DNA of 64,000 nucleotides from Octopus sinensis (Eukaryota): contig NW_021836141.1 in assembly GCF_006345805.1 (NCBI RefSeq), positions 112,368 to 176,367 on the forward strand. Direction: 5' to 3'. Below the pieces are notes generated by a model that saw only the letters and a program-made list of their open reading frames with translations, made no database searches and was not told the DNA's origin. The translations under genes and the position numbers were made by a program. Position 1 is the stretch's first letter, and every line of letters starts with the position of its first letter. This document shows, piece after piece, positions 27,700 through 40,649 of the stretch.

Positions 27700-27936
27700 A
27701 AATCGATCAACATCAATGGAATTTGTAGTTTGTGGTACCAATGCTGGTGGCACATAAGAGAACCAACCGAACGTGGCCGTAGCCAGCACCGCATCGACTG
27801 GCCTCCGTGCTGGTGGCATGTAACAAACACCATCCCATCGTGGCCGTGCCAGCCTCGCTTGGCGTCCGTGCCGGTGGCACGTAAAAAGCACCATCCGAGT
27901 GGCACATAAAAAGCACCCACTACACTCACGGAGTGA
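27700..27936 (+). mobile_element. Family C element, tandem-repeat portion
   Basis: Repeated GTGCYGGTGGCACRTAAAAAGCAC units. Confidence 0.75.
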
Positions 27937-28210
27937 CTCACTTTACTGACTCAGACTGCCACTTTCTCTAGACCATCCCACATCTTAACCACTACATGAC
28001 TTTCCACAGTATTCGTTCACCTTCAGTTTCTCCCTCATTTACTCACCTCCAACCCAAGTGATAATGTCCCCTATCTTTATGAGATCACATGACCTCTGAG
28101 AGTTGTAACTACTTGGTACTTTCTGTATATTTCCTACTACAGTATTCAAACAAGTTATAATGACCTTACATTTGATGGTTTTTTATGTGTATGGCAACTA
28201 GTCACAATGG

Positions 28211-28378
28211 CTAATATATTTTGTTTAGATTAATCATTTTTTTTTTCTGGTGGGTGGTACTTAATTTTTCCATTCTATCTTGAAAAATTGCATCTAGAGG
28301 AAACATCAAAATAAACGGCAGCTTGATACCAAATATACTTGTAGCATCCCGAGCAACTGTCCACTCAATAGCAAATAT
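28211..28378 (-). CDS. Candidate terminal coding exon of an unidentified host gene
   Basis: Strong acceptor TTTTTTTTTGCAG; phase-0 frame IFAIEWTVARDATSIFGIKLPFILMFPLDAIFQDRMEKL..*; phase matches the exon at 31062-31236. Confidence 0.55.
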   Translation of the reverse strand: MFAIEWTVARDATSIFGIKLPFILMFPLDAIFQDRMEKLSTTHQKKKMINLNKIY

Positions 28379-28880
28379 CTGCAAAAAAAAAATGTATAAA
28401 AATATATATTCTTAAACATATAACTTTCCTGTATGCTATATTGCATAAATTCAAAAGGTTGTACTTCTCTATCAATAAATTCCATTTGATTTCATCTGGC
28501 AACATATTAAATTATTATGACACATTGTTATGAAACAGTCATATATCTGACAATGTTTATGAAACATCAGAAATATGTCTGCAGCATATGTATCCAGTAT
28601 TTTATATAACCAAGTTTTTTATATGAAATATATTAAAGAATCCTTGTCATCTACGATAATTGTAAATTGTAAATATTCAGTGTAATTTCTTATTTGATAA
28701 TATTTTATCTATCATATATTTGCTTATTTTTGCCTACTGGTGTGATAGCAAATCTTAATTTAGTATGACATAAAGTGTCTCCCTTATTTACCGGAATGAC
28801 TGAAATAATAGATATTAAGTTAATATTGTTTTTTCTCTTACCACGTACATATTTCTAAATAGGTATTTAATTCTCACTCT

Positions 28881-29259
28881 GAGCAGGCATGGCTGTGTGG
28901 CTACAACATCTGCTCCACAACCATTTGGTATACTTTTACTAATGCCTAGTGAGTGAAATGTGACTGATATAAACAGAGTGGACTTGGTAGACGGAAACTG
29001 AAAAAAGCCTGTCGTATATATGTATATATATATGCATGTGTGTGTATGTGTTTGTGTGTCTGTGTTTGTCTCCCAGCATTGCTTGACACCCGATGCTGGT
29101 GTGTTTACATTCCCGTCACTTAGCAGTTCGGCAAAAGAGACCCATAGAATAAGTACTGGGCTTACAAAGAATAAGTTCCGGGGTGATTTGCTCGACTAAA
29201 GGCGGGCTCCAGCATGCCGCAGTCAAAGGACTGAAACAAGTAAAAAAGAGTAAAAGAGT
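28881..29259 (+). mobile_element. SINE family A with degenerate head
   Basis: Homology to 509-903. Confidence 0.8.
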
Positions 29260-29322
29260 ACCAAAGTCTGTTGTGTATATATTAGTGAATGTGTATGCAT
29301 GTACATGTGTGTGGTGTGTGTG

Positions 29323-29357
<35 letters not shown>

Positions 29358-29620
29358 GGTGTGGTGTGTGTGCAAGCATTGTTACCATGTGTCTTTATAT
29401 TGGCATTGTTTGAGTGACAGTGTATTGTGAATATCTCTCATAAACAATACAGTCCAGTGTTTGGTAGTTTTTGTCAGTTTCATATAAAACACAGTAGAAG
29501 ACATATTACCTTTGGAAACAAGTAAAGAATGGTAACTCAAAAGGTACATGGCCAGAAACTTACCATGTCAATATGCATTGCCCAACCCATGATAGTACAC
29601 AAAAAGCAGTTGTTAAAATA

Positions 29621-30033
29621 GGTGCAGGAGTGGCTGTGTGGTAAGTAGCTTGCTAACCAACCACATGGTTCCGGGTTCAGTCCCACTGTGTGGCATCTTG
29701 GGCAAGTGTCTTCTGCTATAGCCCCGGGCCGACCAAAGCCTTGTGAGTGGATTTGGTAGACGGAAACTGAAAGAAGCCTGTCGTATATATGTATATATTT
29801 ATAAGTGTGTGTGTATATGTTTGTGTCTGTGTTTGTCCCCCTAGCATTGCTTGACAACCGATGCCGGTGTGTTTACATCCCCATCACTTAGCGGTTTGGC
29901 AAAAGAGACCGATAGAATAAGTACTGGGCTTACAAAGAATAAGTCCCGGGGTCGATTTGCTCGACTAAAGGCGGTGCTCCAGCATGGCTGCAGTCAAATG
30001 ACTGAAACAATTAAAAGAGTAAAAGAGTAAAGA
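29621..30033 (+). mobile_element. SINE family A, full length
   Basis: Homology to 509-903; (TAAAAGAG)n tail. Confidence 0.9.
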
Positions 30034-30332
30034 GATGGTGGTGGTGTTGCTGGTGGTGGTGGGATGATGATAACAATGATGACAAATACGACAGCAGTGA
30101 TATGGACGAGTTTGATGACAATGTCAGTGATATGAAATAAGTTAACACTAATATAATTCAATTCTTGTTGTTTTTATGTGGATTAGCACCTCTGAGTAAT
30201 TAACACCAGTAATTTGTTCTTACCACAGATTATTATTATCAACTCATCCACAAAGAGTTCACTGATGTTCTTCAATTCTAATTATTAGAAGGCTTATTTA
30301 AATAAGGGCTTCTATATCAGTGTGATACATAT

Positions 30333-30739
30333 CTTTACTCTTTTACTTGTTTCAGTCATTTGACTGTGGCTATGCTGGAGCACCAACTTTAGTCGAGCAA
30401 ATCGACCCCAGCTCATATTCTTTGTAAGCCTAGTACTTATTCTATTGGTCTCTTTTGCCGAACCACTAAGTTACAGGGACGTAAACACCAGCATCGGTTG
30501 TGAAGCGATGTTGCGGGGACAAACACAGACACACAAACACACACACACATACATATATATACATATACATATATACGATGGGTTTCTTTCAGTTTTCGTC
30601 TACCAAATCCACTCACAAGGCTTTTGGTCGGCCCAAGGCTATAGTAGAAGACACTTGCCCAAGGTGCCATGCAGTGGGACTGAAACTGGAACCATGTGGT
30701 TAGTAAGCAAACTAATTACCACACAGCCACTCCTGCGCC
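30333..30739 (-). mobile_element. SINE family A, full length
   Basis: Inverted relative to 29621-30033. Confidence 0.9.
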
Positions 30740-31061
30740 TATCTGTTGAGGTTAGTTATTAAATTTGTTGTTAAAAGTGTTTTCACTAACTCTATGACTT
30801 CAATTAGTTTTCCTGGATATTCCTTTTTTATAGTAGTACATATTCTCTTAATGTATGCTACCAAACCCTAGTTTCCGAATCTCTTCATTCCTGTTCACTA
30901 TAAGTCATTTCATTCCATCTCTCAAAGACATTCAAAAATGTTTGAACTCTATCTGTAGTATTTAAACTACAATATTCTCCTGATTTACTGTTATTCCAAC
31001 AAAAACGTTATTCCAGCAGTTAACAGTCATTTCAATATAAATAAAGCAGGAACACCAATAC

Positions 31062-31236
31062 CTTGTCCTTAGAGGATTTTAGTGGAATCTGCTCTGTTGC
31101 AAGCATTGAGAGCCAGATCTCAGACTGAGGATAACTTTCTTCATTCCTTTCATCAATTTCAAGAAGTTTGAAAAGTGATTTGGGTGCTGGCTTTTCTCCT
31201 TTGACCAAGTCACTCATTTTTTGGCATAAAGGGGTC
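31062..31236 (-). CDS. Candidate internal coding exon of the same unidentified gene
   Basis: ctag|G..AAG|gtattg; open frame TPLCQKMSDLVKGEKPAPKSLFKLLEIDERNEESYPQSEIWLSMLATEQIPLKSSKDK; weak polypyrimidine tract. Confidence 0.6.
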
Positions 31237-31590
31237 CTAGTTTACATTCATTAATTTATAGATGATAGAAATAAAACATATACTGTTCACTCTCTTATGA
31301 TAACTGGCAAGGGAAATTATTGTTCCATTAGAATTCTTCCTTGTTAGTGTAAATGGTTGGAAGTAAGTTCAGAATTGAACAGCTCTGTGAAAGAAGTGTT
31401 TAGTAAAGTGCTTAGTGAGAAATTTAAGAGTTGAGACATAATCAATATGCAACGCAAAATTTATGGTGGTATCAAGAGAAGACACTGTAAAAAGCATTTA
31501 GATTCATAGCCAAAATCTTAAAAGTTCATTCTTTTATTCCCCTGGATTCAAATTCAAGCCCACTGAACAGGACCTTGGGCTAATGTTTTC

Positions 31591-31915
31591 AGCATTCCTT
31601 CGTTTTAACTCGACAAAACCATAACAAGGACCTCAGTTGTTTCCATGACAACTCGACAATTCACTTCGGATATCTTCGTGACCTCCGTGACAGTGTGCGT
31701 ATTCTGTTTTTATGTATTTATCTGTTGTGGAATATAGATATAATGAAATTATGCCAACAAAAAGCCTTGCATATTTGTTCTTACCTGCTTCATGTGTGTA
31801 TGCAAAATCCGCAAATTTTTGGAGGTCATGAAGATATCCGAAGTGAATTGTTGAGTTGTCACAGAAAGAACCAAGGTCTTGTTATGGTTTTGTCGAGTTA
31901 AAACGAAGGAACGCC
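31591..31915. mobile_element. Merlin-like MITE family 2 with ~95-bp TIRs
   Basis: AGCATTCCTTCGTTTTAACTCGAC..GTCGAGTTAAAACGAAGGAACGCC; perfect 8-bp TSD ATGTTTTC; inserted in a SINE A remnant. Confidence 0.85.
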
Positions 31916-32699
31916 ATGTTTTCTACCAACAACTTGATTAAATCTTTGTAGACAAAACTGAAACTGTGGAAGCCAGTTCAATGAACTCTATGTTAAGAGC
32001 GCAAATTTGCATAAAAATGCAGTGCTTACATACTTACACTAAAACATGAAAAGACTGATCTTGTATTTACCAGTCTCTCTTTCAAATGATTAATATACTA
32101 ATGCTAGGAGTTGAGAATTGTCTAAACATCAACAATAAAGAAATATTTTGCATTTTAGAATATTAATTACCTACCTACTTAACAGTGAAATGAAATTCAA
32201 AATTAATCAAAGAAAAAAGTATACATGTGAGAGAAATGCAGATGCAAGTGGCTAGTGAAACTCAGAACATCCGTGTTGATGCCTCAGTATTATATTTACT
32301 ACTATATAATATTTAGTATGCATTTTATTTTACAAAACCGAATTTCAAAGATGTCATTAAATTAACATTCATAGGAGTAATATCTATTGCAAGACATTAA
32401 ATTTGATTTGCATTTGAGGAAGATATTATTTTGTTATGATTAGTATATTAAATATAATTTATCTTTTAGCCTTGTTTATATTCATTCATTACATTTGTCT
32501 TATTCGACAACTTCAAGTCTCTTTCTATTTATTTTGTTATATTTCTTTGTATCGTTTACAAGTATTAAATCTTAGTCTGTTTGTCTTCAGACATCAACAG
32601 TATTTCTTAACAATTTTTTTCCTACAATTTTCACACAACTATACAATCATTCCAGAATAATTCATGAAGATAAACATCCCATGTGTAAGGCCTAAGGAT

Positions 32700-33560
32700 C
32701 CTCTGAGGAGGCAAAACAGAAAAGATTCAAGAAAAGAGGCTTTGAAACACTGATTGTAATGGAGTCGTAGTAGAAGAGGAATATTAATGATGTACAAAAC
32801 ATCGCCACTTTATGACATCAAACTCTGCCTCTTCCTCCTTCAGTTTCTCTTTACTTTCTGGAGAGAAACTTTCTTCACCTTGCCTCTCCTACATATTCAA
32901 CAGACACATGCACACATTTTTTTCTCAAATCTCTTTCCTATGTCAATATAATCATTATCCAGCTGCCCTTCTTGGATCTTGGAGTTAGCTTGTCAAGACT
33001 ATCTAGCTCCTTCTGTGTTACACTGCTTGCATATAACAAACCAAACTCTTGTTTCCAGACTATTCCTTGATGTTCTCAGCCCACGAACATCCTCAACTGC
33101 CTCCTACTCTCTTCCTCTTTATAAATCCTGTCAGGATGATCTTCGGTGTCTAAATTATGACACCTTCGTAGCATTGATTCTTAACAATAGGCATTTATAA
33201 ATCTTCAGTTTTTCAAGTTCTACATTTGTTACTCTATCTTTCCATCTTGTCCTGCCCCGATCTGTGAAAGACCCACATCATGAAGGCTTGTCTTTTCCAT
33301 TGTCCAAGTTTCTATCCTATAGAGGACAATTGTTATAATATAACAATTTACTGCCTCAATTGTTATGTGCACAGTTATGCCTTCAGAGATGAAGAAGATT
33401 ATCATTCTTATAAATGGTGTTCTGGCCTTATTTATCCCCGAGTAACTTCTAGACAGCAGCCTTCTTGATTTTTATTATTATTACTAAATACTTGACATTT
33501 TTTATTTGTCCAAGTTTCTGTCTGCATATTTTTATTTGCTTATCTTAGTCCTGTCTTATT
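32700..33560 (-). mobile_element. Very degenerate RTE-like LINE remnant
   Basis: Minus-strand pieces resembling KYL.., LY..ETWT and MMW motifs of the RT C-terminus. Confidence 0.45.
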
Positions 33561-34107
33561 ACTTGTGTGTGTATGTGTGTGTGTGTGTGTAGACAATATG
33601 TATTGGAAATTATTAAGATTGAAATTATTAAGATTCTGAAATTATTAAGATTCTTCATTTAGAATCATATATTTGAAAAAAAGCATGCGACATCAAATTC
33701 CACAGTAATTCGAAAATAATTTATACTTTAAATTATTTCACAGATAAATTTTTTCATAATTTCTTTATATTAGTAAAATAGTCAGACATTATGCTTTATG
33801 AGTTATATTGTTAATTCTTACAATATTTGATATATATAAGGTGGTGCTCCAGCATGGCCATAATCATATGGCTGAATCAAGTAAGAGAATAAAAGAAATA
33901 CATGTATTTGTGTCTGTGTATATTTGTCCATGTATATATATGCGATTATAGGTGTGTGTGTATGTGTGTGTACAAATATTGAAGGGTATGTTTTGATGCA
34001 ATACGCTTTACAAGAATTTTTACTCAGGTAAAATGTTCAACTCCTAAATCCATTTTTAGATTGTTATGGAAAGGAGTCATGATATCTTGATATTTTGGCC
34101 ACATTAA

Positions 34108-34323
34108 GGCAGCGAGCTGGCAGAAATGTCAGCACAGTGGGCAAAATGCTTAGCGGTATTTTATCTGTCTTCACGTTCTGAGTTCAAATTCTGCCGAGGT
34201 CGACTTTGCTTTTCATCCTTTCGGGGTCAATAAATTAAGTTCCAGTTGCATACTGGGATCGATCTAATCAACTACACTCCACTCCCCCAAAATTTTGGGC
34301 TTTGTGTCTAGAGTAGGAAAGAA
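34108..34323 (+). mobile_element. SINE family B monomer
   Basis: GGCAGCGAGCTGGCAGAA head plus TTTCATCCTTTCGGGGTC core. Confidence 0.85.
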
Positions 34324-34690
34324 TATTTTGGACACATTTAATACATGTGTTGTGATAATGCAAAATAATTCTTATGTAATTACTTGAAACACGAGTATTA
34401 AATGCTTTCAAAATATCATCTTGGTTTTTGTCTTTGCTATGTATTACATGCATATGTATATCCATATAATATAATGTATATCCATATAATATAATGTAAT
34501 ATATAATACAAGATATATGCATGTAATATAGTTTGTGTGTGTTTATGTGTGTATATGTATGCAAATATAATTATATACAAATGAATTTCATAAAAAGTTA
34601 CTAAAAGTTAAGTAAGATATTTTTTAAAAAAAGGAACTCTTGCATATCAGTACATTGAAAAACCAAGTTCCTTAGTTATTTTATATACTA

Positions 34691-35200
34691 CTAGCAGTAT
34701 CGCCCGGCGTTGCTCAGGTTTGTAAGGGAAATAACTATATAAGCATTTTTAGAGAGTTACTTCCCTTATAGATGCCAATTCGGGCTTTCTTAGCCATTCT
34801 GTTTTGGTGTCTTCAAGCCATGAAGTCGTTGTTCTAAAAGAACGCTGGTCTCCTTGACAACACTTTACGACGTTGATTCCTTACACTCCCTTCCCCACAG
34901 CTTCACGAGGGAGGGAAGAAGGGGGAGAAGCAAACAGGTGCAGTGTGACCATGGACGCCAACTCCGCCACCATCGACACACGAAAAATTATGCATTAAAA
35001 TGGAATAAAAAATGATGTTAAATTATTTTTAAAATCGTAGACTCATCGTAGACGCGTGCTAATACACAGACGGGCTCGATATGAATCACGACTATGAGAT
35101 ACCCGAATTTGGTTAAACTGCACCGCAAAATGTGGGAGTAGTTAGGAATCTAAATCGAAGGGGACAGACACTCACACAACTACAGTTTTATATATATAGA
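34691..35200 (-). mobile_element. Non-autonomous Helitron
   Basis: TC..hairpin..CTAG termini at an A|T target; homologous to 19848-20381. Confidence 0.85.
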
Positions 35201-35249
35201 TAAATTATAGTATACTATAAATTTTATATACTATAAATCCTCCGCATTG

Positions 35250-35500
35250 ATGACATGTAAAAAGCACCAACTGATCATGGCCATTTGCCAACCTCCTCTG
35301 GCCCCTGTGCTGGTGGCACATAAAAAGCACCCACCACACTCACAGAGTGGTTGGTGTTAGGAAGGGCATCCAGCTGTAGAAACACTGCCAGATCAGACTG
35401 GAGTCTAATGCAGCCTCCTGGCTTCCCAGACTCCGGTTGAACCGTCCAACCCATGCTAGCATGAAAAAAGGATGTTAAACCATGATGAGGAAGATGAGGA
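35250..35500 (+). mobile_element. Family C RTE-type tail element
   Basis: Homology to 21014-21252. Confidence 0.8.
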
Positions 35501-35720
35501 AATCAATTAGCCCATTGGAGAATTAGTAAATTGGTCAGAATTAGTAAATGTAATTTGTAAATCAAATGAACATTGTTATCAGCAATATTTCTATGCTACC
35601 CAAATTCCCTGTAAGTTAGTCCTCAGGTTAGCTTTGATCCTAGGTCAGCTTAATCAAGGCTAACCTGCAGGCTGACTTACAGGAAATTTAGGTAGCATAA
35701 AAATATTGCTGATGACATTA

Positions 35721-35948
35721 CTCTTTACTCTCTTTACTCTTTTACTTGTTTCAGCCATGTGACTGTGGCCATGCTGGAGCACCGCCTTTAGTCAAGCAAA
35801 TCAACCCCAGGACATATTCTTTGTAAGCCTAGTACTTATTCTATCAGTCTCTTTTGCCGAACGGCTAAGTTACGGGGACGTAAACACACTAGCATTGGTT
35901 GTCAAGTGATGTTGGGGGTGTGGGACAAACACAGATGCACAAACATAT

Positions 35949-35998
<50 letters not shown>

Positions 35999-36122
35999 TT
36001 ATATATATATATATATATATACATATATACGATGGGCATCTTTCAGTTTCTGTCAACCAAATTCATTCAGAAGGCTTTGGTCGGCCTGAGGCTATAGTAG
36101 GAGACACTTGCCCAAGGTGCCA
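35721..36122 (-). mobile_element. SINE family A, 5'-truncated
   Basis: Homology to 509-903. Confidence 0.85.
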
Positions 36123-36469
36123 TCTTCATTTGATTTACAAATTACATTTTCTAATTCTGACTAATTTACTAATTCTCCAATGGGCTAATTGATTTATAGT
36201 ATATAAAATAACTAAAGCACTTAGTTTTGTCAGACCTATGATCAAGGGCATTCTAGTCATGACTGTCCCATCGATTTTTCAGCCATCTTCCACCTTGAAC
36301 TGCATTACAATGTGTCACATTAAAGACTGCAAGGTGAGATTTGTGGGAGATTTCACTATGATTACTAAAAGACTGAGAAAATATATGAAGTTACTCAAAG
36401 TTAAACAGGCTATAAATAAAACTATAGACTTGAGATATAGATGGGAAAATAATCAGACATAAACAGTCA

Positions 36470-36644
36470 GGCGCAGGAGTGGCTGTGTGGTAAGTAGCTT
36501 GCTAACCAGCCACATGTTTCCGGGTTCAGTCCCACTGCGTGGCATCTTAGGCAAGTGTCTTCTGCTATAGCCTTCGGGCCGACCAATGCCTTGTGAGTGG
36601 ATTTGGTAGATGGAAACTGAAAGAAGCCTGTCGTATATATGTAT

Positions 36645-36677
<33 letters not shown>

Positions 36678-36903
36678 ATGTGTTGTGTGTCTGTGTTTGT
36701 CCCCCTAGCATTGCTTGACAACCGATGCTGGTGTGTTTACGTCCCCGTCACTTAGCGGTTTGGCAAAAAAGACCGATAGAATAAGTCCTGGGCTTACAAA
36801 GAATAAGTCCCGGGGTCGATATGCTCGACTAAAGGCAGTGCTCCAGCATGGCCACAGTCAAATGACTGAAACAAGTAGAAGAGTAAAAGAGAGTAAGAGA
36901 GTC
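36470..36903 (+). mobile_element. SINE family A, full length
   Basis: Homology to 509-903. Confidence 0.9.
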
Positions 36904-37160
36904 AGTAATATTAGTACAACTTTGCAGAATTCTACAGTAATGCTGTTTATACAGTTAATACAATTATATTAAATTTCAATGTATTCAAATTACACAAATA
37001 ACACTTATTCCACTGGATTATTTATTAAGTATTCTAGCTTTGTTAGTTCGTAGATAGTCTCATTCTTTGTATTTTATCAAGAATCCTTATTATTCTGTAT
37101 AGCTTCATATAATTCTTTGTTTCCCTTACGATATATATATATATATTATTTATAGAAGGA

Positions 37161-37209
37161 GCTTCTACAGGACTAGAACTGTTTCATTCAAATGAAATCA
37201 TCAGGAAGC
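37161..37209 (-). ncRNA. Type-I hammerhead ribozyme motif with canonical core
   Basis: gcttc-CTGATGA-tttc attt gaat-GAAA-cag ttctagtc ctg-TA-gaagc; partial inverted copy at 37211-37255. Confidence 0.8.
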
Positions 37210-38080
37210 TGAATGAAACAGTTCTAGTCCTGTAGAAGGTCCTTCTATAAAATAAATTAATTTACTCTGTTATGTATTGAGTACCTTATTACTGTGGTTA
37301 ACCCAACTCAAACCCGGGACCTACATATATATATATATATATGTTTACTTCAGAACAAACAGTAAAAGGTTGTCATTATAGTACACAAAGTATATATATA
37401 TATATACGTATGTATGTATACATATGTATATATATATATAATATATATATATATATATACATATATACATATATATACGGATGTGTGTGATTGTTATAGA
37501 AGAATATATTAATAAAAGGAATTCCAGCCTTGTCTGATTTTCACGTTTTATTTACAATCTTATAATGATATAAGATAATATATTATAATAAAATAAAATA
37601 AAATAATAGAATATTAAATGTTCATTCTGATTGAACTAGTACTTTCATGCATTAAATTCTGCAATCTTCAGGTTCATGAAGTAGTGGTGACAGTCATGCT
37701 TCACAATTTTATGTATGTATACATAAATATATATGTATGTAAATATGTATATGTGTGTGTATATATATATGTATACACACACACACACACATATATACAT
37801 ATTCATATACATATATAAGTATTATATGTATAAATATATATCACATCCACTTTTCCATAGTCGCATCAGTCTGAGGGAATTTGTTGTGGCAGATTTTTCT
37901 ATGGCCAGATGTCATTTCCGTTGCCAAACATCACCAGTTTACAAGCAAAGTAATATTTTCCCATGGCCAGATATGCTTTGCACAGAACATTGGAAATGAA
38001 CGACATCACTTTTATGATAGATATTCTCATTCACAGCAATCTTGTGACGTCTAAGACAAGGACACACACATGTATATATA

Positions 38081-38725
38081 CTCTTTACTCATTTACTTGT
38101 TTCAGTCATGTGACTGCGGCCATGCTGGAGCACGACCTTTAGTCAAGCAAATCGACCCCCAGGACTTATTCTTTGTAAGCCTAGTACTTATTCTATTGGT
38201 CTCTTTGGCTGAACTGTTAAGTTACGGGGACGTAAACACACCAGCATCGGTTGTCAAGCGATGTTGGGTGGACAAACACAGACACACAAACATATACACA
38301 CACATACATATATATACATCGGCGAGCTGGCAGAAACGTTAGCATGCCGGGCAAAATGCGTAGCCGTATTTCATCTGTCGTTACGTTCTGAGTTCAAATT
38401 CCGCCGAGGTCAACTTTGCCTTTCATCCTTTTGGGGTCGATAAATTAAGTACCATTTACGCACTGGGGTTGATGTAATCGACTAAATCCCTTTGTCTGTC
38501 CTTGTTTGTCCCCTCTGTGTTTACCCCCTTGTGGGTAGTAAAGAAATATATATATATACATATATATGACGTGCTTCTTTTCAGTTTCCGTCTACGAAAT
38601 CCTTTCACAAGGCTTTGGTCAGCCTGAGGCTATAGTAGAAGACACTTGCCCAAGGTGCCATGCAGTGGGACTGAATCCAGAACTATGTGGTTCATAAGCA
38701 AGCTACTTACCACACAGCCACTCCT
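38081..38725 (-). mobile_element. SINE family A carrying a nested SINE B (38321-38548, +)
   Basis: Family A halves flank a family B copy inserted in the internal (TA)n. Confidence 0.85.
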
Positions 38726-38787
38726 ATTCCTATATATACATATGTATATATATTAATTTAAATGTACAGTATTATATATCCATTATG

Positions 38788-38877
38788 GCCGATCTTACAG
38801 ATCAGTTTCACACTAGACGCTCAACAGAGTGTTAGGTAACAGTCCAAATATGTAACCCTGTACTCATCAGATGTAGC
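38788..38877 (-). ncRNA. Hammerhead-like motif with enlarged, branched stem II (copy 1)
   Basis: CTGATGA-~54 nt-GAAA-ctgatctg-TA-agatcggc; stem I decayed; paralog at 44953-45043. Confidence 0.55.
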
Positions 38878-39089
38878 TGTTATGGAATGAAATATGATGA
38901 CTGCTCTTTATTGTTGGCGATTTATAGGCCCATTTGGTTTGTGGTAGTTGTCTGACCCATGCAAGCATGGAAAGTAGATTGTAAATGAAGTAGATATATA
39001 TACACTTGCACCCCACACTCACATGTGTGCATAAAATATCTTTTTGTAAGAAGCTGCTAAATGTTAATGGTTATATAAATAATATTATA

Positions 39090-39293
39090 TAACATATTAA
39101 GTAGAAATCTCCCTTAGCCAGAACAAAGTGGACAGAATCACCACGGGAATTGAACCACAAGTCTGCAGATTACTGCTGGCTGTGATGCATTACACCAAGC
39201 AGAATCCATTTAGTAATCTATAGACACATTGTTCGTTTCCCTTAGGTAATTCTGTCCACTTTTCTATCTAAGGAATATTTTACCCGATATATT
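39090..39293. repeat. Imperfect ~200-bp fold-back
   Basis: AAAGTGGACAGAATCACC..GATTACT versus AGTAATC..GGTAATTCTGTCCACTTT. Confidence 0.7.
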
Positions 39294-39763
39294 ATGAGCC
39301 GCTATTTATAACTTCGTTTGTATTTAAGAAGATTCAGAAAAAGAACTTTTGTTTTTCAAATTCCTCAATAATTCCAACCGTAATACACCCATACACTCAA
39401 ATACACACACATGCATTCACAACAATATATTACACACACGTACACTCACAAACACACACATACCTCTTCACACACATGCACATACATTCTCTTACATACA
39501 AAGACACATGTATTCATATACATGCATATGCACACACTTTTGCTGTTTGATAGACATTAATTCCTGACAGTTTGACATAGTATCAGTTATGCAACTTGTA
39601 TTCTAAGTGGTTAATGCCTTCCACAGTTTACACACATATCTAAATGCTCATCCACAGGCATACTCACATACATACACATTGCTTTCTTTCTTTCTTTCTC
39701 TCTCACTCCCGCTTTCTTCTCTTTGCCCTCTCTCTCTCTCTACACACACATACATACACACAA

Positions 39764-39801
<38 letters not shown>

Positions 39802-40545
39802 AGTATGTATATACATATGTGTGTATAGATTTATATATATATATATGTATATATATATATGTATGTGTATATATATATATGTATATATATGTATGTGTAT
39901 ATATATGTATGTATATATATATGTGTATGTATGTATATATATATAGATATATGTATGTATATATATATGTGTGTGTGTGTATATATACATATATATATAT
40001 GTGTGTATATATATATGTATATATATGTATGTATGTATATGTATATATATGTGTGTATATGTATATATATATATTTATATACATATATATACATCATCAT
40101 CATTGTTTTTGTATTGGCTTTATCCATGCTAGCATGGATAAAGGCAAGACCTCTTGAGGCAGTATTCAGTGGGTGAATGTTTGTTCTGACCTGAAACCTT
40201 GTTTTTCAAGTAAGGTGCTTTATTCCTTGTCTTTGCACATTGAATCACCACTATGCGGGTATGGATTGTTTATACTGAACATAAAGGAACATTACCACTG
40301 ATCAAACAGAGCCAATATGAAGACAAGGAGAGACAAACATGCACACACACACACACACACATATATATGCACATGTACATAAATGTGCATACGTACACCT
40401 ACGTCCATTTGTATATACATGAGACATTTTACTGTATCTCTCAACAAATTTCACCAAGAAGAACTGTACAATACACTTGCTTAAGAGGTCATGCAGTGAA
40501 ATCAATCCTGAATACACATGGTTGCAAAATGTGATGTGCATGTGT

Positions 40546-40583
<38 letters not shown>

Positions 40584-40588
40584 CACAC

Positions 40589-40639
<51 letters not shown>

Positions 40640-40649
40640 TATATATATA

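Larger units (their letters stand above)
34656..36231. repeat. Fold-back element split by three nested insertions
   Basis: Left arm 34656-34690, 35221-35239 and 35501-35638 is complementary to right arm 35652-35720 and 36122-36231. Confidence 0.8.
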
